Assembly (NCBI GenBank): GCA_965644295.1
Contig: CBFFRP010000323.1
Location: 34,778 to 98,777 of the forward strand
DNA from: Paraphysomonas bandaiensis
Taxonomy: Eukaryota > Protista > Chrysophyceae
DNA: 64,000 nucleotides
Direction of reading: 5' to 3'
Below, in pieces: positions 26,290 through 40,213 of the stretch (its first letter is position 1; each line of letters opens with the position of its first letter). Under the pieces are notes generated by a model that was not told where the DNA came from, searched no databases, and was given only the letters and a program-made list of their open reading frames with translations. Made by a program: the position numbers and the translations under genes.

Positions 26290-29200
26290 ATGTTACCTCA
26301 CACCCTCTCCAGCGAAGATGTCGCCTGTGGCCCTGTGGCCTCCCGAGTGCCTTTCTCAGTCTCCTTCAGGCCAGACGAGCCCTCAGCTGTGTGTTTTTTG
26401 TTTCCAGACTCACAAGGCGCTCGACAGATATACACATACTCCTGCACCACACCCGACGACTCACCCCCCACTCAACTACTGAATGTCACCTCATCCGGTC
26501 GCATCTCTTATGAGGAGCAGCTCAGGAGGGAGCGTATGAGACTATTCAGCACAGGAGTCACCTCATATTATTGGGTTAAAAGGGACGATAGGACAGCTCT
26601 CATGATACCCATAAACGACCAGATATTAGTGTTTCAACAGGTGCTTTTGCTTTTCTGTTGATATGGTTTTCTGTTTCACCTCTGTTCGCTCCCTCTTTCT
26701 ATGAGTTCAGTGTCTATGTTGTTAATACATTCTATTGAACAGGGAGAGGTGTTTACTGTATACGATGGCCACTTAGGAGCTCCTATCGACCCAACTTGGT
26801 CGCCAAATGGCAACTACATAGCCTTCGTTGTATCTGGAGACATATACTACATTTCTCTCCCTTTGGAACTGAATTCTATGGAAACGAAACCAGTTCTTAC
26901 AAGACTAACATATATTGGAGAGAGAGAAGGCTTTAGCTGTGGTCTCGCCGATTTTTTGGCGCAAGAGGAGATGGACAGGTGTGCTAAGGACGGTGTATAT
27001 ACATGTTAGCCGATATGAGATTTGATGCATGTAACCCCACTTTCGTGGTAGCTCATGTTCCACATAGCTTAGACATTGAGCCTGCGTGTGTACTGTATTA
27101 ACCTTTTGAACAGATATCGTGGCTATTGGTGGTCGCCGGACTCCAAACACATTGTATTTACAGGTGTGTGGTGTATTCTCTATATCACTGACTTAGTTTA
27201 TCCCTTGCAGTATTGGATGAGACCAGAGTGCCCGAGTTCACGATACAACATATGGTAAATGTGAATATGTATTTCTGTGTTGTAGTTTCCTATGTCAAAA
27301 TACTCTGCTGACCTCTGGCTCTATGATAGTGGCACTTGTAGTCACTAGTTTCTATTTTCTCAGGGCAGTGAAGATCCATATGCTTCGGAGACTCACCGCT
27401 ACCCCTTTACAGGTGTAATTCATTCCACATTCTGTTGTCCGTCTGTCAGAACATAGAAAATGACATATATCGTGACAGGCAAAATGAACCCATGCGTACA
27501 ACTGAGTGTCATCAGAATTGACACTCCCATGTCAGCTATAAGTGATGCAACAATCATCCCCCTTCCTCATATCAGCCCCAACGGTTCTATCGACGTCCCT
27601 CTTTCTGGGAGCCAATTGTACACTGCATACTCTAATTGTGAGGACAATTATATAGCAAGAGTAGGCTTCTGGCCCGATGGTGGTATCATGGTTCAGGTAA
27701 CTAACAGACTACAGTCTACCCTGGCCCTGCTACATGTTGATACAACAGCGCCATACACTTATCGGGTGGTATTGACGGAGCGTACCGATGTGTGGGTCAA
27801 CTTACACGAGCTGTTGTATACCTTTGACTTTGGGTGGTCTCCGAAGTGGAGAGACATTTCTAATGCCGATAATATTATGTATTTTTTGTGGGGCTCCGAG
27901 AGGTCTGGTTTCATGCGTTTGTATTTATACTCATACAATCCCAGCACATGCTCAACCGAACTGCTGAATTCTTGTAACGGAGAAGATGGGGCTCTTGGGG
28001 GGCCAGGTAATTTCGTCACTGACTCCATACTGCATGTCGATACAGCCCGAGAGATTGTGTATTACTCCAGCAATCAGCACGGTCCCACCGAGAAGCACAT
28101 CTACGTCGCCCCGCTTACCAGTTCCAATAGAGGGTGTCAATCGATTCGGATTACCCCATCTGCGGGATGGCACTCTGGATATATTGACCCTACAGGCGAA
28201 GTTCTGGTTGATATCCACAGTTCTATAAGCTCTCCGCCAGTAATGTCAACGATCCCACTTGTAGCAATCGATGTTTGGCCAGAGGATGCTTCTGATTACC
28301 TATCAAGTATTCAGTGGAATTGGATTAATAGGCAACGAATCATTCTTTCGAACGGCCGACCTTCAGCCGTAACGCCACTTTCGAATTCGTGTCTAAATGT
28401 AAACACGAGGCGGTCGGAGAGAGTGTTACCCGCTCTCTGTATGCCGGAGTTCTACACTATACCTTCCAATAGCTCCTCTGGAGATGACCATGAATTGCAT
28501 TGCTGCATTTACAAACCAGATGTGGGACTACATGGGCAGGGTCCATACCCCTGTGTGGTGGCGGTTTATGGCGGTCCACATGTACAGCGCGTAACCAATA
28601 TGTGGGTAAGTCGTTTTTCATGTGACTCTTTCTTGCACTGAGAGTGTATGTGAACTAACACATGCAGGTGACCAGGGCTGATATGCGTGCCCAAAGACTA
28701 GCACAGCATGGTATAGTAGTCATCAAATGCGATAACAGAGGGTCTTCTAGAAGAGGTCTGCGCTTTGAGGGGGCTATCAAGCATGATATGGGTGTGTACA
28801 CTGCTAAATTCATAGTACTCTCATTATCTATACATTTACTACCTCTGTGGTGATCATCACAGAATATTCGAAATACTGCCATTTATTTCTTCTGTTGTAA
28901 TTGTAAGGAACTGTGTATTTAACCAGGTAACCTCGAGATAAGTGATCAAAGAAGAGCAGTACAGCATTTTGTTGAGCTCGGTTTAGTGGATAAAGATAAA
29001 GTGGGGATATATGGGTGGTCGTATGGTGGCTATATGTCAGCTATGGCACTCTGCAAGGCACCGGAAACATTTCATTGTGCAGTGGGTAGGGATTGTTTGC
29101 TTTTGAAAGTGCAATAACTGTACTTGTTAATTGTGGCGGTTTATTTTGATATAGCTGGCGCTCCTGTGACCTCGTGGGACGGCTACGACACCCACTACAC

Positions 29201-29609
29201 AGAGCGATACATGGGTTTGCCGTTCATGAACCCCTCTGGATATGCCTCAAGCTCTGTAATGAACCATGTCGAGGGACTGCGAGGACACCTCCTGCTTGTA
29301 CACGGATCGATAGATGAAAATGTACATTTTAGACACACTGCTAGGCTTATCAGCGCCATCATTGCGCATAGAAAGAGGTGTGTTGCTTAGTATTCAATGA
29401 TATTCTAACAACATTGTAACGGCTATGCCTGATTTAGATACGACCTCATGTGCTTTCCGCGTGAGAGACACGCACCCCATGATTTGGCGGGATTGATATA
29501 TATGGAGGACAGAATACTAAAGTTTTTAATTGAGAGTCTAAATATAGCTCGACCTCAGTGTAGTATGGATTCACATAAGCATGATATCAGATTGGCAGCA
29601 CATTTGTGA
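26290..29609 (+). CDS. Dipeptidyl peptidase IV / DPP8-9-like serine peptidase (S9B), multi-exon
   Basis: [38 protein letters not shown], catalytic [22 protein letters not shown]. Confidence 0.95.
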
Positions 29610-30751
29610 GGGGCTGGATGGAAATACAAGTTTCGATTATTTTATACTTATATCGGACTTCGGAGTATTTATTGCGGTGTCACGCTTTCTCATATTGGAT
29701 TAGCAAAAGTAAGAAGAAAAAGTTAAATAATATACTATGCATTTTCTTAAATACTTAAATAGGATGATCTGACCACGATATATATTCTATATTCTCTGTT
29801 TGGGATGATATACAATATCGATGGAAAATAAAACTAGCTACTACTTCAAATTCAAATTGATATGTCATATGTCACCAGCAGCACGACTTATATAACTCTA
29901 TATTATTTAGTAAGTATCAATCTATTCTTTGTACGACTCCCCAGCGCCATGTCTACGATTGGCAGTTATCAGTAAGTGTACTCATGTATTTGGGTATGTA
30001 AGAGCCAGTAAGAGGATACAGTGTGTCAGCAGCTGTATTAATTCCCAACAGCAGTTATGGCGTGATAGTTATGTGCTTATGTTGAGTTCCCACTGCTTTA
30101 GTTCAGTAACTATATAATTCTTATCAGCTAGAAGCCAAGAGAACAACACAGAAAGTTTAGTTTGGTTAGTTATCTAACCCTGTATTTCCCATTAGGTGGT
30201 TCAAAACTAACTAAATAGTGTGGTAAACTAAAGCTTTGTCAACTGAAAAATTATAACATTTCTAATCCAAGTAGTCGTCGTTATTACCTTGCCAGACATC
30301 AATCTCATCGTACCCCTTTACAACACCATCAGCAGCTTCTACATCAGAATCATCATCTTCGTACTCAGCAAAATCTTACAACTTCAGAACACACATACGC
30401 ATCCTCCTCACAATATCTACCAAGTGCTATTGTACGATCATACTCAGAACAACCCTCCATTCCATGTTGTCGTAAATCTTTCATTGTACGCAAACCAGCA
30501 TGCTTTCTATGGACATCCTGCTCTACATCCCTCCACAGCTCCTCGATAGGTTGCCCAGAGGGATGAGGATACCGGAGCTGATCATGTGTGATCTCAAGGT
30601 TAGAGACATCGTTAAACCACTTCTGTATATCTGGAAATTCAACTGCTCCATCTTCTTCACTTCTGATGCTCTGAACCTTAAGTCCAACTCAGAAGATTCA
30701 ACCGTTGAGAGGATACCGCCACTGTACAGTACCTCGACACGTACACGTACA

Positions 30752-30924
30752 GGGGGTGGTTGTGCATATCGATTTCAACGATTTGTTCATCGTTTATTTC
30801 ATCGAAAAATCATTGTTTTTTCAGTGAAAAGTGAAACAAAGTGACTTTTTAATGAAAAAACGATGATTTTTCGATGAAATAAACGATGAACAAATCGATG
30901 AAATCGATATGCACAACCACCCCC
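30752..30924. mobile_element. Near-perfect 173-bp palindromic MITE/foldback
   Basis: About 72-bp arms GGGGGTGGTTGTGCATATCGATTTCA..TTTTTTCA / TGAAAAAA..TGAAATCGATATGCACAACCACCCCC with about 2 mismatches. Confidence 0.85.
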
Positions 30925-31224
30925 AGTGTCATGCCGCATACCGCATGAGAGGCACTAAAATGACTGTTTTTTACAACCGCCTGCCAAAAAAGATACTTTT
31001 TCATGTGTTTTTTTCCATGATTTTCGCCTTTTCTCTTCTCCACAGCGACTTTCCACTGCTCACACACCACTGTATTGTGTAATACATCATGTATTTGCTA
31101 CCTTCAGGAGTGATTCCACGCTGTAGTGGATGCTGTGAGTAGATGCATATGGAATAGATAACAGCACTTGGCCTCTCTAACAGCTGCATGGATAAGACCT
31201 CTTGCACCATAGATCACTTGCGTC

Positions 31225-32312
31225 ATGCCTTATCACTGCACAGGTCCCAGATCAACTGTATTTGAGTCCATTGTGTTGCATATGGCCGCTGTGTTCTCTT
31301 ATTTGACCGAGAGGGAGGAGGCCTGTGTGTCTCTTGTGTGCCATCAGCTGCGCCTCATGCGATGCAGCATAAGGAAATGGTCTGTATGTGGATTGCAGTG
31401 TATCTCTGCCTATCTCGTCGCTCCGCCGATGTCCTTTACCCCTGTCGACTACCTCATTGCCACTGGGAAGGGTCCAGTGGCGGACTACCGAGGCCCTTGT
31501 TATGTCTCCAAGTGTATTATTGCGGCCACCGTAGATAAGGGCTGGGGGCTATTTAATGGTGCTGACACACTGCGCAGTGGATGTGTCATAGGACCGTATA
31601 CAGGAGAATTACTGGGCACTCTTGCAACTCGAGAAAGGCAGAGACACTACGACAAGAAGGTGCAGTTCGTGAAACTTGTTTTTACTACCTATATATAGGA
31701 ATCGCATTCTAATAAGGTATGCAGGGGCTTAATTATGTCCTGACTATCAGAGAGCACTCAAGGAATACACAGAGAGAACAAGGGCTACTGCTCACAACTA
31801 ATATAGATGCCACCTACGTAGGATCACCAGCAAGGTCGACATCATAGTCATGTGTGGTTACTTACCGTACAACATTTGTTCAATTTGTATTTCCTAATAT
31901 CTTACCTAGCATTTGAGTAGGTTCATTAACCACTCCTGTGATCCCAATGCAGAAGTGAGAATGATCAGGGGGAGGGATGAACGGAACAACAACGGGGTAC
32001 TTGTGGGAATACCAGTAGTAGTGTCTCTGGTACCAATTGCGCCTCACAGTGAGGTAAGGAGATATTAAAAGCATTTTTTGTAGATGGTGCTGTTCTGCTT
32101 GCATATGAAGAACTCTTGAGAGCTGCTCTAAAGTTTTATTTTTGCAGATAACAATAGACTACGGAAGTAGTCATGTTCCTGTGGGAAATAAAATGGGAGG
32201 GATTAAGCGCCCTCGAGATAGCGATGTTGATAGTGACGAGTTCGATTGTGTGCGTAGAGTACGATGTCAGTGTGGTACACTTTTGTGTAGAGGCTGGCTG
32301 CGGACAGGTTGA
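31225..32312 (+). CDS. SET-domain lysine methyltransferase with post-SET and F-box-like N-terminus (about 4 exons)
   Basis: KGWGLF, IGPYTGEL, IDATYVGSPAR-FINHSCDPN, E-ITIDYG, post-SET CQCGTLLCRGWL; N-terminal VFSYL..EEACVSLVCHQLR. Confidence 0.85.
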
Positions 32313-33105
32313 TATAAGCCAAAAGTTTTCGAATTTGTAGTTGTATATTGTATATGTAACATAGTTATTCATGTTTGTATCATTCTAATGTAACACACAC
32401 AGAACGATGACGAAATAAAACGAAATTAAAACTTTTCTTCATCTTCCATTCCACTAACGTTTCGAATTTGGCGCCCATGTAAGCAGGACTTTGAGCTACA
32501 GGCTACAGAACTAATCAAATTTCAAATACACTTGAAAAGTATGTATATGATGTAAAATGCTAGTTAATAACATTTTTCGATCATCCGTTCTTGCGTTGTA
32601 TCGACGTACATCTAACAAGCAAATCGGGAAGTTTCTCTTCTCTTCCATTGCTCTACGCTTCACGCTTCATCTATCGAATATCGCCCTCGGTTTGTTTGGA
32701 ATTTTAAGTACATGTAAATTGAAGTATGTGAATATGTATGAAGCTCGGAGATAGTAAGACAGAAATAGTTATCAGTCTTAACTGAAAGGCATCGATTTGG
32801 AAGATGGAAGATGAGAGTGTTGTAGCGGCGTTACTTGACAATCATCTCACCCTACAGAGTGATAACAGAGACAACCACCCTCTCACCTCATGAGGAGCAC
32901 ACACCACTATACACCACTATGACCACACACTGTTGATAGTCCTCACTCGTGTCTGTGAGTAGAGGCAGCAGCAGAGCCTCTGAATCATGTACTCATATAT
33001 GCATATATCCACATCACATTCACTTCGAAGTCACCCAGAGATATACACTCATATACGTACACGTATTCCTATGTATACCATATACATATGTAAAGCTGTC
33101 GTATC

Positions 33106-33238
33106 GGCATCCTTCGTATATTTTTGTTCAAAGATGCCTCTAATATTGAGACAACAATTATGTGTATTCTAGCCATAGTTATACTGCAGTTATATAGAGT
33201 ATTTTTGCTTCATTTTATTCCCGAAAAATAAGATGCTG
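33106..33238 (+). promoter_or_regulatory. 133-bp conserved upstream element, copy 2
   Basis: As copy 1; ends 190 bp before the DYNLRB ATG. Confidence 0.6.
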
Positions 33239-33428
33239 ACTATACGGTTATGTGTATGTGTATGTGTATGTGTATATATGTATATGTATAGCTATGTGTA
33301 TGTATATGTGTATGTATATACAGTATGTATATGTATATATGTGTATGTATATGTGTATGCGTATGTTATCAATCTTATTGTAGCATAATTTCATTATTCG
33401 TAAGTTGTGTCAGTGTTTGTGTATTGAG

Positions 33429-33775
33429 ATGTCGATCGAGGTCGAGGAAACGATAAAGCGAATTCAGTCCCATAAGGGCGTAAAGGGAGTACTGATAATG
33501 AACACAGAGGGCATTCCCATTCGGTCGAACTTTTCTCCAGAGGACACTGAGAATTATGCGTCTCTTGTGTCTCAGGTACGCTGTGACATGATCTCCGCCT
33601 GTGGGTAATAAAAGTGTTTTGTCAGTTATCGCTGAAGGCTGCTGGAGTAGTGCGGACGCTGGATGAGAGCGATGAGTTAGCTTTTCTCCGAGTGCGGTCG
33701 AAGAAGCATGAGATCATGATCGCACCCGACAAGGATTATATATTAGTTGTAGTGCAATCTCCCAACGAAGCATGA
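33429..33775 (+). CDS. DYNLRB: Dynein light chain roadblock (LC7 family), 2 exons
   Basis: [65 protein letters not shown]. Confidence 0.95.
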
Positions 33776-35707
33776 TGTGCATATTATCAACGGTTATAGA
33801 TTGTTCGTGTGTCAATTATTATTGCTGTCAACAGTGGTGGTGTTTCTAGTAATCGCTGTCGTGATATTCATTCTATCTCCAGTGTCAATGTTGCAGAAAT
33901 TAAATATCAAGTCGAAATGGAATACTTCTTGTTTGATATAGCTACATGTATGCCATCAATATATCACTAAAATATGCGTACAATTTGTATTTTCATAAAT
34001 ATGCGATACGCAGTGAACTGTTAGTATCACATTAGACTTAGCTAGGATACATGATGGTAGCAACTTAACTATCCAAATGCTGAACTCAGTCAATAATCAA
34101 TTAGTGAAATTGTAACCGGCATCTCTTAGTATTCATTGTCAGTCACTAAATATCTATTCTCTATTCTCCACTACCAATCAATATTATTAGATTGACACGA
34201 TTATATATAGTCAACGTATTTCAGATTATCTATACAACCTCAAAGCATATCATTAAATCATCAAGTATGAGTTATTGCCTTATATTATATCCGGGGCCAC
34301 TGCGTTATTTTTCTGTAGTTATATGTGCTACTGGATGTGGTTTCAGTTATAATTCAGTATTGTTCTTAGTTTGAATAGTTTCGCTTTAATGAATTTTACA
34401 ACGACATCGCCTACGCTACGATAATGCCAGGTTGAAAGCAAGACAATAGCGGTTCAGTGGATAGAACACGCAAACAACCAGCACGCAATCACTACCACTA
34501 GTGATGTCACTTCACTATACCAAAGTATGATAAATATAAAGAACGACTCCACCATCAATGAATCATTACCTTACCTTGGAATCAATGTTTGTGTCGGGCG
34601 TATTTTCGTAGGGGCAGAACTACTTTTTATAGTCTCACTCCTTCAGCTGACCATAGATATCACAACGATCCCACTCTGGAACATGTGGCAACCCATACCC
34701 AGATTGACCTAAAGCTGGGATTTTACCCACCATGCGACCGCAGGTGGCCCTCCTATCGCTTAGATGAGTTCTTGGCCGCACTTGGAATGTTACTGTTCCT
34801 CCTCTGAGAGTTTAACTAATAGAGGCTGAACTTTTTGGTCCAAGACCCCCTCCTTTCTAGCATACTTAAACAGCTGTACATCTCATGTTGTCTACTATCA
34901 TCCCTTTTTCTCCACTTCCCGTTCAATACATTCCTCCACTGCTGACTTTACAATAGAATATAGAGCTGAAACATCGCTAGTGGGGTCAGAGCAGTGGTCG
35001 TGTTTCTCATGCTTCCCCCTTTCCCACAGTTCATGTTGAGGAGCCTGCTAGAGGAGACAAGCTCCCATACAGTCCCGATGATGGATCGGTCGTTGGTAAT
35101 GCTGTCGAGAACAGCGTCTCGATTCTCTCGCAAGATCTCCACAGGCCCCCTCTCCCTCCCCCCTCTCTCTCTACATATATACTGATGTATACGTATACCC
35201 CTCATATGAACTATCATCTTTATAAAACAGCGCTCTCTACATCCCCCTCCGATTGCGAAGGGTTGTCATTAAACGTTAGACGCAGGGAGCTTGCTTTGCT
35301 TCCGCTGTATCTCGTGTGAGTGTACTGTATCTTCTCATTAGGACATATCCATGAATAGATTCTTGTCCTCCGAGTCCACAACGAGCCAAACCCCTAAAAA
35401 TATGGGTTTTTCCTCTAAAATATAGGTTTTTGTGCACACAATCCTCTAAAAAACAATAAAGAATTTTATGGTGAAACGTATGAATCCTCTGCACGGCTCC
35501 GTGTGTGTGAAGCCAATCAAATGAGTGGTGTGCGTGGATCGTCTGTGGAGTGAATCTTGCATTGAATCTTTGGATTGTATTCCTGTGATTGAACGCATAC
35601 GGTGTGTATGTATCAGTAGCGGGGTGTTCAATCCATCCCATGGAACCACACATCAAACTACCACGACAGAATCTCCTTCTACTCGAAGCAACTCTCATAT
35701 CGTCATA

Positions 35708-37254
35708 ATGTGTATCGTTAAGAACTCATCCACTGACTGTGCGTCTGATGCGAGAGAGATATCAATTGAAGAGGTCGCCAAGCACGGCACATATAGCGAC
35801 TGCTGGATCGTCATCGAGAATAAAGTATACGACATATCGGACTACATCTCCGAGCACCCCGGCGGTATGCTGATTCTCTCTGCAGCTGGTAGCGATGCGA
35901 CAGTGATGTTCGAACACTATCATGTGGGGGCCAGCTATAAGAAGTCTCGCGCACTGCTAGATAAGCGCTGCGTGGGCACTCTAGTGGGCAGGCGATCCCC
36001 TTCTGTCGGGAAATTTTACACTACTTTACGTGATCGAGTGGGAGAAGCTATCAAAGATCTTCCAAAACACCCTCTACATTCTGTTTTTATGCTCTTCTTC
36101 GATGTTATTTCTCTGCTTTGCTGTACCGTATTTGGAATCTACTTGTCCCGACAGGAGACTATTCATCCACTGCCCCTATTTTTAGCCGCCTTTTTAACCC
36201 AAATTTTTTCTACCAGAGTTGCGGGGCACTCACACGCTGTGGGTCATATGCAGGTACATTTTGACCAATTCAAGAATACGCTGACCATTGGTTTTTGGAG
36301 TTGATGTGTGTTTACACCCTGCTATAGCTACTTTAATATGTAATTATTTAGGTATTCGGAAAGACCTTGGCTCCAATATTTGAGGTGGTACTGTTGGTGA
36401 TGGGCTCGCGATCAATGCCCGGTTATGCATTCCCTAATAAAAATATTCAGTACCGGAAACAGATGAATGAGCCTCGTTCTGTGTGCCAGTATGAATACAA
36501 GTTGCGAGGACCCTTTGAGCATCAAGCGATCCACCATGTGAGGGGGGCATCCCTTGAGCATGATGGTTGCAAGGAGGCAGCTACAGTAATGGGCAACCTG
36601 CGATTATGCAGCACTGATCCTATAAGACCTATGAATTACATCCAGCAGTACTTTATCCCCCGGAATATTATCTGTGCCGGGTGGTACCTAGTTACGGACG
36701 TTCTTTTCTGGGGTGTTAAGCTAAATTATATGAAGGACATGGTTAGATGGGGTCAATTTGACCGCGTATTTTTTTCTTTGATTGGGCTTATGTATGACTG
36801 GACAGTTGTGTATGTTACTACCATTCAACCACTGACACGCAACATTGCAGTATTTTTAGTTCTCCGCTTGTGCCTCCACTTCTGCCACCTCTTTCTTCTC
36901 TTCTATGCCCAGCACTATTGGGACTCCAACCTCTCCGAAGAAACTGCTGAGAGTGAATGGGGAAAGCATAATGCCGAAACCTCTGTGTCACTCTGGGGAG
37001 AGACCATGCAGTGGCATCCGCTCTTGTTGGGTTTTGGAGGGACATGTCCTGCCACTCTGACATATCATCTGGAGCACTCCCTATTTCCTGGTATCAATTA
37101 TCTGCATCTACCAGTTGTTGCTCGTGTGACGAAACAAACCTGTGAAGAATTCGGTGTGACTTACCACCATCTAAAAGATTATTCTGATTTGAATCGAGCA
37201 TTTGTGAACAATGCTAAGCGTTGTGCTGCCGTACAGTCGCTGAAGCGAGATTAG
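35708..37254 (+). CDS. Cytochrome b5-fused membrane fatty-acid/sphingolipid desaturase-like protein (2 exons)
   Basis: Cyt b5 CWIVIENKVYD..HPGG; His boxes HAVGH, HQAIHH, HLEHSLFP; intron about 36254-36351. Confidence 0.85.
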
Positions 37255-37877
37255 TATTTCGCATTTTGTTATGGTTAACTCGTTAGAGTTGCGAAGATAT
37301 TGCCTGTAGTGCGAATATTCTCAATATCTGAGAACCCAATATTTGAATGTTGTGCAACTACGTAAGGGCAGCTGGAAACACTGATGGGACTGCCAATTCA
37401 AAAATAGTCGATAGTAAAGTGTCGTTATGCGATATTGATTTGTACTTCGCCTCCCCATGGATTTGGCAATTATATAATAAATGTGAAAACAATGCGTTAT
37501 GATATTTTTTAAATTCATCCTTCTGTTTAGTTGTCGAAAACTATATGAATTTGACAGTTGGATATCAAATAGTAGACAGCGAGGTAATCACGGTTTTACT
37601 CACTCGCGCAGCTGCATATGCTAGTTGCTGTTGAGTTTTACTAATTGTAAGCAATTAAAAGCTATACTTTAAGATATTCGATTTCCACCGTTTTCAAGAT
37701 AGACTACTGGAAAGCTGTAGTGCATGAAATGATTATGATATATATATTAATAATATATTTTATATATAATCGATACCAGGAAATAGGGAATTGCTCAACT
37801 ATATACAGTTACCCACAACTGTATACTTATGCAACCTCGCAACCAAATAGGGAGAACTTCTTCAAGAAATTCATCAA

Positions 37878-39911
37878 TTAAAATCGCACACATGGCTCCA
37901 ATTTTTTCGGAAACCTCCGCACTCGGCTTTTCAAATCTTCCAAGCATGAAAATGCAAGCTCTTTTCGTTTTGCCAAGATCAACATGGCCAGTGCATTACC
38001 TATCCCAGGGAGGGTCTTCAGCTCCCCAACATTGGCAGTTTTGATATTCACTGTCGGCATGTCAACCAGAAGCCGCAATCGCCTGCTGAATATCGGCCCA
38101 AAAATTTTTTCCAAGCATGCACCCGTCGGGAATATACTCCAACACATCGTCAGCTACACGAGTTGCCGCGACGACTAGGATATAGGGAACACCAGCACTA
38201 TCATTTGCTATTCCCATATGTTGATGCACTTTATGATACTCTGATTTAAAAAGTTCACCTGAAACAACGCCATCTTGATAATACTTCTGTTCCCCAAAGC
38301 AGAATATTCTCGAGCCATCATTCTGTGAACGACATGTGAACGAGTCAATAATTGCACCTGGTGCATTCTTGATGATTTCCGTGTCAGCATTGATGGACTG
38401 GCCAGCTTCCCCACTACCCTGCACATCACCATCTGTAACCCAAGGATTACTCGGAAACCTTGAAGCAGTGTTAATGGAACAATGCTCTCTCAATGAAAAC
38501 TCGAGATATTCGTCGACAGCAGATGCATTTCCTTGTTGAACACAGTAGAAGCTGTTTGCATAACATGATTTGTCCTCTTCAAGATATCTGGCAAGCAGCA
38601 TTTCACGAACAGCCTCCATGGATCGATTCCGTTCAGGCACCCAATAACAGACCTAAACACAGGATATGGTAGTTGTACGGCACACTGCTGCTCTGAAATA
38701 GTTTTCAATACAATAATTCCTTGTTCTTCCAGGGCACCAAAACTCAGTCGGCTGTCAGTCTCTCCGTCATCGGAAACTCTTGCACTGCAAGAGAATTGAT
38801 CACGAGATACATTCGTGGACAACATTACTGCCGATATCAATGTACTACCACATCACGCAAGAATATGGGCGTCTATTATCAGTGAGGAGAGAAGAATCGA
38901 GTATAAAGTCTCGTAGTCGATGTTCACTAACGGTTCCCCGAGGGTCTCAATATTTCCTTCGCCTTTTGTAAGAACTGCTCCGCCAAGCGGGGCAAGGACC
39001 CAAAGTCACTCCTCCAGTTCCCCCATACGGCTGGGCTGTTCTTTTCCAACCCATCCATCAGAAGCTCACAGTCATCACCTGATAGAAGCCCAATCGGCAA
39101 CTTCAGCACTGGGTGCCCTAACTCTGCGAAGACCTTATCCAGTGGCAAAACGGTAGTACCAGCGACAATTCCAAAGACGAAGCACGAAGAGGTAGAAATC
39201 AAAGAACTGGTGAGCGCTATCATCGTGTCCTTCAAAAACACCCTGAATTGCTGCTCCTTGCCGTTGGCACCTTGAAAAGTTTCATCCAGGACGAAATTGA
39301 TTTCATCCACTCCAATGAAAAGGGCTCCATCCGGCAGACTATTTCGCCTCACAGTAACAGCATATTGCGGTTATAGCTATGCTGGTAGTCAAATAGTTCA
39401 GAAGGTCTCGTGGGAACTCTCTAACAAAATATTCAAAAGGCACCATCGGTTGTAACCCACAAACAAAAGCGAAATAGAGAAGACGAAGACCAAATGCTGT
39501 GTTGACAACATCCATTGCAGGCTTAGTGTCAGATAAGCCAAAAAGAGAATAGTCACAAGTTGGAGGATTTCCATTGTTGTATGATATGTGAACAACTGCA
39601 TGCCACTAATTTTTAGATTTCCATTCATGGATTCTTTCCCCAATCTCAACAAGACCTCACGTTTTCCCTAAACCGCTACAACCACCCATAACGCCGACCT
39701 TACGGGAATGTCGCTCCGTGATATGCCGACGAGAAGCGCGCTCGTCGAATAATCATTTCGTCGATTCAAGCAAATCGTTACGAAACCGACATGTGGCATT
39801 TTTTTATCCAAACGGCGTTATCGAGCAGCTTTTGTTCTCGATATTCAGCTCACCGTAAGCGCTGCTCATGTACAGCAGCACATCGTCAGCTAGATTCTTG
39901 CTGGCTTCCAT
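37878..39911 (-). pseudogene. Disrupted Crinkler/RHS-type NTPase + restriction-endonuclease-like + ComEA-type HhH gene
   Basis: Walker A GGCSGLGKT followed by TGA (about 39657-39686), ISYNNG, GLRLLY, Walker B LFIGVDE, GSLPR; REase-like KNAPGAIIDSF..GEQKY; FGPIFSRR; HhH VNIKTANVGELKTLPGIG; several stops and frameshifts. Confidence 0.75.
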
Positions 39912-40064
39912 CTTATATGTATAGGAGGGAGCGGGAGTGGAGAGGGGCGCTTGGAGCCGCTTAGTAGTGGTACCTAAACTGATGTTGGTGAAAGAGTGGC
40001 AATAATGGAGACTCATACTCGACGGACCCCATCGATCTATAGGCAGTGAGTTCTATCCTTTAAC

Positions 40065-40168
40065 AGGTACAGGTCTAGAGGTACAGGTCTAGAGGTACAG
40101 GTCTAGAGGTACAGGTCTAGAGGTACAGGTCTAGAGGTACAGGTCTAGAGGTACAGGTCTAGAGGTAC
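40065..40168 (+). repeat. 14-bp tandem repeat (AGGTACAGGTCTAG) x7
   Basis: Seven perfect copies plus a partial copy read directly. Confidence 0.95.
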
Positions 40169-40213
40169 GAGGTACAGAATGCAGATCATGAACCTTTTTT
40201 GTGTGTGTTGTTG

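Noticed and set aside
30320-30700. About 100-codon open frame on the minus strand (VQSIRSEEDGAVEFPDIQKWF..)
   Set aside because: No suitable upstream start codon or recognisable domain; possibly a gene relic
34550-35130. Coding-like GC-richer stretch on the minus strand
   Set aside because: Stops in all frames and no identifiable family
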